This document shows positions 28,268-35,177 of a stretch of 35,177 nt of DNA, in pieces (within the stretch, counting starts at the first letter, position 1; each line of letters opens with the position of its first letter). Under the pieces are notes generated by a model that saw nothing but the letters and a program-made list of their open reading frames with translations, was not told the DNA's origin and made no database searches. The position numbers and the translations under genes are program-made. The stretch lies in the sequence record DRR378314_1433. The stretch is one strand, 5' to 3'.

Positions 28268-29164
28268 CTATTGAGGTTTCTTCCGCCGTATCCGGGGCCA
28301 AACCAGTTTGAGCCAGATCCATAGGAAGACACCGATCAGGATCAACCACGGCAGCCCGACCGCAAAGGCAGTGATTACGGCGGCGAGGGCGCTGGATAGA
28401 TTGTAGAAGAAGTCTCCAAACGCATTTCCAATTGGCGAGAGTGCACTTTGAGAAACTGGATTGCGTTTTGTCTCGTAGTTCACGCTGAGCTGGCTCATGT
28501 TCACGCGCAACATCAATGCTTTGAGCGAAGATTTCAGAGAGTCGATCTCACCATTCACCCTTGCCAGTTCCCGCTCGGTCGCCAGAAGGTCGCCGAGTTC
28601 TCCGTCTCGATTGGCGAGCAGTTCCTCCAGACGTTTTTGCAAAGTCTGTTGAGCATTCAGCCGGGCGTCGGTGTCAATAATGGAAACGGTGAGGTCTTCA
28701 GCCGTCGTCTGGCGGTTTGTGACGTCTCCGTTCGCCTGCTCGGCTTCTTCGTCAATGCCGTTGAGGAATGTTTCTATCCAGTCAGGTGTCGCGCGTAGTT
28801 GGAGCGATCCAGACGCCTCATCTTCGGAATAGGTGTTGAACCAGGAGTTTGTGACGATGCAGACGGATGGTCCTGCGGCGTTGCAGGCGGCTACATGCCC
28901 CTGCATCACTGGTTCAATCTGTTTGACTGGCAGGCGCAGTCCGAGGGAATGCGAATAGGCAATGTATTGTTGCGCAACGTCGTCAACTGGCGCGCCATCG
29001 GTGCCCGATTTAGAGAAAGCCTCGCCCACGGCCATGTCCTGCTCCATCATCGGAGCAGCTGCCGGGGCAGACATTCTGGAGCGTTCGATTGGCTCCCCGC
29101 TTGGCCCGCCGCATGCCGCGAGCAAGAGCGCTGCGGCTGTGAATGTTGGTATCTTGAGTTTCAT
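28268..29164 (-). CDS. DUF4349-like lipoprotein with C-terminal membrane anchor
   Basis: LLAAC lipobox; AEDLT..IIDTDARL; coiled coil; C-terminal hydrophobic helix followed by RRKK; GGAGG RBS. Confidence 0.82.
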   Translation of the reverse strand: MKLKIPTFTAAALLLAACGGPSGEPIERSRMSAPAAAPMMEQDMAVGEAFSKSGTDGAPVDDVAQQYIAYSHSLGLRLPVKQIEPVMQGHVAACNAAGPSVCIVTNSWFNTYSEDEASGSLQLRATPDWIETFLNGIDEEAEQANGDVTNRQTTAEDLTVSIIDTDARLNAQQTLQKRLEELLANRDGELGDLLATERELARVNGEIDSLKSSLKALMLRVNMSQLSVNYETKRNPVSQSALSPIGNAFGDFFYNLSSALAAVITAFAVGLPWLILIGVFLWIWLKLVWPRIRRKKPQ

Positions 29165-29242
29165 CTGGTCCCTCCACGTCCGTGCGGACTTCCACATGAA
29201 ACCAGCAAAATGGCAAGATCAGGTTGGAAATCAGGCAGGGTG

Positions 29243-30790
29243 TCAGGGACGAAACCCAATGCGTCTTTCTCCGGGCTCCAGCGTTCGCCAGGCGTGGTGG
29301 ATAAAGTCCACGAGTAGGGGGCGCGTATCGCGCGGGTCGATGATTTCCTCAGCATAGAAAGACTCTGCCGTGCGGAAGGGAGACCGGATCGCGTCGAACT
29401 TCTTGTAGAGCTGGGCTTTCAGAGCTTCGGGGTCTTTGGCTTCGGCCAGTTCCTTGCGGAACGCCGCTTCGATGCCGCCTGCCATGGGCAAGCTGCCCCA
29501 GTCACCGCTCGGCCAGCAATAGCGCCATTTGGTACGGCTCTGGTTCATCATGGCAGACCCGGCCAAGCCGTAGGCCTTGCGGATAACCACCGAGCAGACA
29601 GGAACGTCTGCCTGATAGATCGCGGTCATGGCACGCACGCCGGCGCGGGTAACGCCCGCCGTTTCCGCCTTCACGCCGACCGCAAAGCCGGGACAATCCA
29701 CGAAGTGGACGACGGGCAGGTGGAACTGCGAACACAGATCCATATGGCGCGCGACCTTGTCGCAAACATCCGCCGTCCAGGCACCATCAAGGAAAAATGG
29801 GTCGCCAGCGAGAATGCCGACTGGATAGCCGTCCAGCCGCGCGAAACCGCAAACGATACCGCGGCCCCAATCATGGCCGATTTCGAAGAAGCTGCCCTTG
29901 TCGACTGTCGCCTCGACGATCTTGCGCGGCTTGTAGGGTGTCTTGCCATCTGTTGGGACGATGGAGATGAGACTTTCTTCGCGTCGGTCGGGGGTATCCT
30001 TCGGCTGTTCCCGTTCCGGAAGTTCGTGCACGGAGGCTGGGAGATAGGACAGGAAGCGACGGGCTGTTTCGAACGCCTCGGCTTCCGAATTCACCACATT
30101 GTCGACGGTTCCGTTCTGACCCTGGATTTTCCAACCACCCATTTCTTCCTTGGTGACATCTTCCCCAAGCGCGATGGCAACTGGCGGGCCAGCAACGAAT
30201 ACCTGGCTCAGCTCTTTCACCATGACAGAGAAATGGCTGGCGGCGACCCGGCCTGCGCCCATACCAGCACACGGGCCTAGCGCGAGGGAGACGAACGGAA
30301 CCTGTGTCAGACCGTGAGTGATTTCGTTCCAGCCTGGTGTCTCCGGGATGTATGTGCGCGGATCCTTTTCCAGCATCTTCACAGATCCGCCGCCGCCCGT
30401 GCCGTCAATCATCTGCACCAGAGGCAGGCGGTATTCGGCGGCCATTTTAATGGCCTGCACCATCTTTTGCCAGATTGATGCATCAGCGGCCCCGCCGCGG
30501 ACGGTGAAATCATCGGCCAGAATGACCGTGGATTTCCCGTTCAACTGCGCTCGACCCATAACTGAGTTCGAGGGCGTAAAATGCTCCAATTCGTCGTCTG
30601 CGCCATAGGTCGCATTGCCAGCGATCTTGCCGATTTCGTGGAAGCTGCCGGGATCGGCCAGGAACGCGACCCGTTCGCGGACCGTCAGTTTTCCGCGTCC
30701 TCGTTGTCGGGATACGGGCTCTTCGCCGCCCATTTTCTCTGCCAGCCGCTCGCGCCGACGCAATTCTTCAATCGATTTTTGCCAACTCAT
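29243..30790 (-). CDS. Acyl-CoA carboxylase carboxyltransferase (beta) subunit
   Basis: GKLTVRERV, DFTVRGG, VAGPPV, GFARLDG, VDCPGF, RKAYG and IIDPRDTR motifs. Confidence 0.92.
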   Translation of the reverse strand: MSWQKSIEELRRRERLAEKMGGEEPVSRQRGRGKLTVRERVAFLADPGSFHEIGKIAGNATYGADDELEHFTPSNSVMGRAQLNGKSTVILADDFTVRGGAADASIWQKMVQAIKMAAEYRLPLVQMIDGTGGGGSVKMLEKDPRTYIPETPGWNEITHGLTQVPFVSLALGPCAGMGAGRVAASHFSVMVKELSQVFVAGPPVAIALGEDVTKEEMGGWKIQGQNGTVDNVVNSEAEAFETARRFLSYLPASVHELPEREQPKDTPDRREESLISIVPTDGKTPYKPRKIVEATVDKGSFFEIGHDWGRGIVCGFARLDGYPVGILAGDPFFLDGAWTADVCDKVARHMDLCSQFHLPVVHFVDCPGFAVGVKAETAGVTRAGVRAMTAIYQADVPVCSVVIRKAYGLAGSAMMNQSRTKWRYCWPSGDWGSLPMAGGIEAAFRKELAEAKDPEALKAQLYKKFDAIRSPFRTAESFYAEEIIDPRDTRPLLVDFIHHAWRTLEPGERRIGFRP

Positions 30791-30963
30791 GCGCGTGAAT
30801 TTCCATGCTTCCGCTACGCTAGGTCAAGCGGATTTCAAAACCTGAGCAATTCTCCGATTCCCCGCAACAGCTGAATCAAATCAAGGAAATGTCGCCGTTG
30901 AAGTCTTGCCATTCGCTGTCAGGATCGGCTTTATCGCCTCAAGTCCATTCAAGGAGGATTTCA

Positions 30964-31266
30964 ATGGATCTCGCAGAACTTACTTCGAAAGCCGACTCCG
31001 CAGTCGAGGCTGGCGGCGACTTCACCAAGAAGGTGAAATTCGATTTCGGTGACGCTGGCAAGCTGTTCATCGACGGCGTGGCCGGCAAGGCCGACAATTC
31101 CGACTCTGACGCCGACGCCACCATCAAGGTCAACTGGGACGACTTCGTGAAGATTTCCGAAGGTGCCATGGACCCGACAATGGCCTTCATGCAGGGCAAG
31201 CTGAAAGTTGAAGGTGACATGTCTGTCGCCATGCAGCTGCAGAACCTGATGAAGAAGTTCAGCTAA
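30964..31266 (+). CDS. SCP2 sterol/lipid-binding domain protein
   Basis: DATIKV...DPTMAFMQGKLKVEGDMSVAMQL; strong AAGGAGG RBS; strongly biased codons. Confidence 0.93.
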   Translation: MDLAELTSKADSAVEAGGDFTKKVKFDFGDAGKLFIDGVAGKADNSDSDADATIKVNWDDFVKISEGAMDPTMAFMQGKLKVEGDMSVAMQLQNLMKKFS

Positions 31267-31293
31267 TCACGCTGAAACGAACTTGATCTCAGT

Positions 31294-31325
31294 GGCCGTC
31301 CGGGGAAACCTTGGGCGGCCTCTTT
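31294..31325 (+). terminator. Putative intrinsic terminator after the SCP2 gene
   Basis: GGCCGTCCGGGG-AAA-CCTTGGGCGGCC followed by TCTTT. Confidence 0.6.
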
Positions 31326-31342
31326 ATATTTGGACGCTTTGC

Positions 31343-32296
31343 ATGACGACGGCCCCTCACATCCTCGACGATTCCTTCGTTCTGGTCCCGGGAAATCCTC
31401 CGCCGTATGGCGCAGAGATTGTCTGGTTCAAGGGAAGTGGCGGGCGCAATCTAAGAGCGTGTATCGCGCCAGCCCTGTCTGCATCGAATCCTCGCGGTAC
31501 GGTGATCGTTTGTCCGGGGCGAACGGAATTCATCGAGAAATACTTCGAGGTCGGGCGCGAGCTACAGGAGATGGGCTTTGCCGTTGTCATCCTGGACTGG
31601 CCGGGCCAGGGCCTGTCGGAGCGATTGCTGGACGATACGAAGAAGGGACACATTGACCGGTTCGAGACGTTCATGGGGGCGCTTGCGAACGGTCTGGAAA
31701 GTCTTCAAGAGCGGCTGCCGCGACCTCATGTTTCGCTCGCACACTCCATGGGCGGTGCGATCGCGCTGGCGACCATTTCGCAGGGATTGGTCAAGGTCGA
31801 TGCGGCGGCATTCTGCGCACCCATGTGGGGGCTGAAGTCACGTTTTCTTGGAATGCGATATCTCGTCTGGGCCATGCGCGCGACGGGGCGCGCCGGTGAC
31901 TACGCTATCCAGCCCGGACCGCCGGAAACATTCGAAACCAATATTGTGACCCATGACAAGAAGCATTGGGAAATGCAGCGCGCCCTGATCGAGGCGCGAC
32001 CGGATCTGGAGCTTGGCCCCGTGACCTGGGGATGGCTTGGCGCATCGCTGAACATTCTCGATACATTCACAAAGCCGAAGACGTTGCAGCAAGTAACCAT
32101 TCCGGTGTTTGTCGCGTCCGCTGAAGAAGAGCAACTTGTCGACAATGCGTCACATGAGAAGATTTGCGCCAAGCTGCCAGATTGTGAACATGTGGTCGTC
32201 GAAGGGGCGATGCATGAAATTCTAATGGAAACCGAAGATCGCAGACAGGAGTTCTGGGAGGGTTTCCACCGCCTGCTGAAGCGCGCGGATATATAA
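31343..32296 (+). CDS. Alpha/beta hydrolase, lysophospholipase L2 (PldB)-like
   Basis: PGRTEFIEKY, DWPGQGLS, AHSMGG nucleophile elbow and GAMHEILME motifs. Confidence 0.88.
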   Translation: MTTAPHILDDSFVLVPGNPPPYGAEIVWFKGSGGRNLRACIAPALSASNPRGTVIVCPGRTEFIEKYFEVGRELQEMGFAVVILDWPGQGLSERLLDDTKKGHIDRFETFMGALANGLESLQERLPRPHVSLAHSMGGAIALATISQGLVKVDAAAFCAPMWGLKSRFLGMRYLVWAMRATGRAGDYAIQPGPPETFETNIVTHDKKHWEMQRALIEARPDLELGPVTWGWLGASLNILDTFTKPKTLQQVTIPVFVASAEEEQLVDNASHEKICAKLPDCEHVVVEGAMHEILMETEDRRQEFWEGFHRLLKRADI

Positions 32297-32311
32297 AAGC
32301 GAGGAAATCCA

Positions 32312-33766
32312 ATGCCAGTTCTGTCTCTATCACGCATCTTGAGTTTCTGGGCAGAGCAGCAGCCCGAACGTGTTGCCATCGATCACGAAGGCAACGCCAT
32401 TTCGTGGGCAGATCTGGACGCCTCCACGAACCGGTTGGCACGCGCATATGAAGCCTTGGGTGTGAAACAGGACGATTTCGTCACCATTGCCCTGCCGAAC
32501 AGTATTGAGTTTTTCTCGGCCTGTTTCGCAGTCTGGAAACTTGGCGCAACACCGCAGCCTATTTCCGCGAAGCTTCCCAGACATGAGCGCGACCAGATCA
32601 TTGAGCTTGGCAAACCATCGCTGATCATAGGCGTTCAGCCGGGAGAATATGAAGGGACGCCGTCCGTGCCACTGGGCTTTGAACCGGATGCCGCCGTCTC
32701 TGACGACGCGCTACCAGAGCGCACAGCTGCCTCACTCAAGGCCATGACCAGTGGTGGATCTACTGGTCGCCCCAAATTGATCGTGTCGGCCCAGCCTGCA
32801 GCGTGGGATACGGAGCTTCCTTTTCTGGAAATCCAGCAGCAGGGTGCAATGCTGGTTCCGGGGCCGCTCTATCATAACGGGCCCTTTGTCTGGGCCATGA
32901 CGGCTTTGTTCCGAGGGTGTACTGTAGCCATCACGACGCGTTTCGATGCCGAGAAAACCCTTGAGACGATTGAGCGCGTCCAGATCGACATCGTGTACAT
33001 GGTGCCGACGATGATGCGCCGTATCTGGTCGCTGCCAGAAGACGTCCGTACAAAGTATGACATATCTTGTCTGAAGACGCTCTGGCATCTTGCTGCGCCA
33101 TGCCCTGCCTGGCTGAAGGAGTGTTTCATCGATTGGCTCGGAGCAGAGGTCATTTGGGAACTCTATGCCGGAACGGAAGGGCAGGGCACAACCATGATCC
33201 GGGGCGATGAGTGGCTGGAGCATAAGGGCTCGGTCGGTCGACCGGTTGAGGCATGTGAGATCAAGATCGTCGATGAGACTGGGCAAGCTGTGCCTGCGGG
33301 CGAGGTTGGTGAAGTTTTCCTGCGCCCCCTGACGGGGCAGGGTTCCACCTATCGATACATCGGCGCGGAAGCAAAAGCGATTGATGGCGGCTGGGAGAGT
33401 TTGGGCGATCTTGGCTGGATGGATACCGATGGATATCTCTATCTCACAGATCGACTGTCCGACATGATCCTTTCCGGCGGTGCAAACATTTATCCGGCCG
33501 AAGTCGAGGCTGCGATTGATGCCTATCCCGGTGTGCGATCTTCGGCCGTCATCGGCTTGCCGGATGAGGATATGGGCGCGCGTCTCCATGCAATTATCGA
33601 CCGGCCAGACGGCGCGGTTGATGACGCATCCATGCTTGCGCATCTGAACGAGCATCTTGTTCGCTACAAAATTCCTAAGAGTTTTGAATTCGTGTCTGAC
33701 CCGGTTCGGGACGATGCCGGGAAAGTCCGGCGCAAGGCCTTGAGGGAAGCGCGGCTGACAGCTTGA
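32312..33766 (+). CDS. Acyl-CoA synthetase (AMP-binding)
   Basis: TSGGSTGRPK, PLYHNG, YAGTE, GDLG, SGGANIYPAEVE and GKV motifs. Confidence 0.92.
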   Translation: MPVLSLSRILSFWAEQQPERVAIDHEGNAISWADLDASTNRLARAYEALGVKQDDFVTIALPNSIEFFSACFAVWKLGATPQPISAKLPRHERDQIIELGKPSLIIGVQPGEYEGTPSVPLGFEPDAAVSDDALPERTAASLKAMTSGGSTGRPKLIVSAQPAAWDTELPFLEIQQQGAMLVPGPLYHNGPFVWAMTALFRGCTVAITTRFDAEKTLETIERVQIDIVYMVPTMMRRIWSLPEDVRTKYDISCLKTLWHLAAPCPAWLKECFIDWLGAEVIWELYAGTEGQGTTMIRGDEWLEHKGSVGRPVEACEIKIVDETGQAVPAGEVGEVFLRPLTGQGSTYRYIGAEAKAIDGGWESLGDLGWMDTDGYLYLTDRLSDMILSGGANIYPAEVEAAIDAYPGVRSSAVIGLPDEDMGARLHAIIDRPDGAVDDASMLAHLNEHLVRYKIPKSFEFVSDPVRDDAGKVRRKALREARLTA

Positions 33767-33845
33767 CCGAAACGGATTTCCCGGATCGCTTGACTTCCGT
33801 AGCGGAGGCATAGCTCCCCTGTTGAAAATTCAGGAGGAGACCAAG

Positions 33846-34850
33846 ATGAAAGTTGCTGCCGTCAAGAAGCCCGGAGGCCCCGGCAATCTGGTGATTGAAG
33901 ACCGTCCAGACCCGAAGCCGAAGGCCGGAGAGATCCTTGTTCGTATTCATGCGAGCAGTTTGAACTATCACGATTTTGTTGTCGTCATGGGGGGGATCCC
34001 CACAGATGATGGACGCATTCCGATGTCGGATGGCGCCGGAGAAGTCGTTGAAGTTGGCGAGGGCGTGACGAAGTACAAGCCCGGTGACAAGGTGCTGTCG
34101 CTCTTCTTCCCGAACTGGCAAGCTGGCGAGATCGAAGCCGCTGGCTTTGCAAGTGTTCCCGGAGATGGCGCCGACGGGTGTGGCGCGGAACTTGTCGCTG
34201 CGCCGGAAACCGCATTCACGCGTATGCCGGAAGGATACTCTTATCGTGAAGCTGCGACGCTCCCTTGCGCGGCGCTGACGGCATGGCGCGCCCTGATGGT
34301 CGAGGCGAAAGTGAAGCCCGGTGATTGGGTTCTGACTCAGGGCACAGGCGGTGTTTCCATCTTTGCACTGCAATTCGCCAAGGCCGCAGGGTGCCGTGTG
34401 ATTTCGACTTCGTCCTCAAACGCCAAGCTGGAGCGCCTGAAGGAATTGGGGGCGGATCACGTTATCAACTACAAGGACACGACCGACTGGGGGAAGGCGG
34501 CAAAGGCGATCACCGGAGGCCGCGGTGTTGATGAGGTCGTCGAGATCGGCGGACCGGGCACACTGGCCCAATCGATTACAGCTTCGCGTCCGGGTGGGCA
34601 TATCTCCCTCATTGGTGTTTTGACTGGCGTGGCGGGTGAAGTGCCCACCGCCGCTTTGTTCTCCCTGAACATTACCCTGTCCGGGATTACCGTCGGATCC
34701 AGGCGGCATCAGGAGGACATGATTGCCGCGATCGAGGCCAATGGCATCAAGCCGGTTCTCGACAAGGACTTCCCGCTTGCCGAAATTGCTGATGCCTTTG
34801 CCCATCAGGCAAGCCAGCAGCATTTCGGCAAGATCACGCTGAGTCTCTAG
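33846..34850 (+). CDS. MDR-superfamily NAD(P)-dependent oxidoreductase
   Basis: SSLNYHD, PMSDGAG, LPCAALTAW, QGTGGVS and HFGKI motifs; AGGAG RBS. Confidence 0.9.
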   Translation: MKVAAVKKPGGPGNLVIEDRPDPKPKAGEILVRIHASSLNYHDFVVVMGGIPTDDGRIPMSDGAGEVVEVGEGVTKYKPGDKVLSLFFPNWQAGEIEAAGFASVPGDGADGCGAELVAAPETAFTRMPEGYSYREAATLPCAALTAWRALMVEAKVKPGDWVLTQGTGGVSIFALQFAKAAGCRVISTSSSNAKLERLKELGADHVINYKDTTDWGKAAKAITGGRGVDEVVEIGGPGTLAQSITASRPGGHISLIGVLTGVAGEVPTAALFSLNITLSGITVGSRRHQEDMIAAIEANGIKPVLDKDFPLAEIADAFAHQASQQHFGKITLSL

Positions 34851-35177
34851 CTCGCTATGTACTGCGCGCCGTTCACGGTCATTGTCGCACCAGTGATGAA
34901 GGCGGCTTCATCGCTGGCGAGATAGGCGCACATCGAGGCGATCTCATCGGCCTTGCCAAGGCGGCCGACAGGGATCGTCGCGATGATCCCCTCAAGGACC
35001 TTTTCCGGAACGGCCTGGACCATTTCTGTGTCGATGTATCCGGGGCAGACCGTGTTCACGGTGATCCCCTTTTTGGCGCCTTCCTGTGCGAGCGCCTTGC
35101 TGAAGCCAATCAGACCGGCCTTGGCGGCGGAATAGTTTGCCTGACCAAACTGGCCCTTCTGACCGTTGATGGATGAG
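34847..35177 (-). CDS. phbB: Acetoacetyl-CoA reductase, 3' part only (runs off the window)
   Basis: SSINGQKGQFGQANYSAAKAG, KALAQEGA, PGYIDTEMV and IPVGRLG motifs. Confidence 0.9.
   Translation of the reverse strand, partial: SSINGQKGQFGQANYSAAKAGLIGFSKALAQEGAKKGITVNTVCPGYIDTEMVQAVPEKVLEGIIATIPVGRLGKADEIASMCAYLASDEAAFITGATMTVNGAQYIAS

Overview
Mostly core chromosome of a GC-rich alphaproteobacterium. Gene content and order suggest Hyphomonadaceae/Caulobacterales, which is an inference. From left to right: a histidine cluster (hisA, hisH, hisB) broken up by opposite-strand genes (a low-GC orphan, an M20 amidohydrolase, a SAM methyltransferase) with a REP-like palindrome; a GGDEF-EAL protein with a degenerate GGDEF domain; a minus-strand run (2OG oxygenase, malyl-CoA lyase, secreted protein, SnoaL-like protein, GNAT); yqaE; xerD with two upstream envelope genes; aroK-aroB-corC; bolA, a J-domain gene and glpD; an NDUFA9-like gene, uppP and gltDB; a DUF4349-like lipoprotein; and a lipid/acyl-CoA cluster ending in a partial phbB. 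I found no tRNA, rRNA, CRISPR array or transposase, and no convincing new multi-gene system. The best novelty candidate is the foreign 376-aa orphan next to hisA. Other leads are an unannotated 44-aa ORF, a possible leader peptide, and several regulatory motifs (EcfG-type promoters, a PhaR-like operator, gltD upstream repeats). GC values are hand counts of 60-nt lines, and family assignments come from motif recognition, not database searches.
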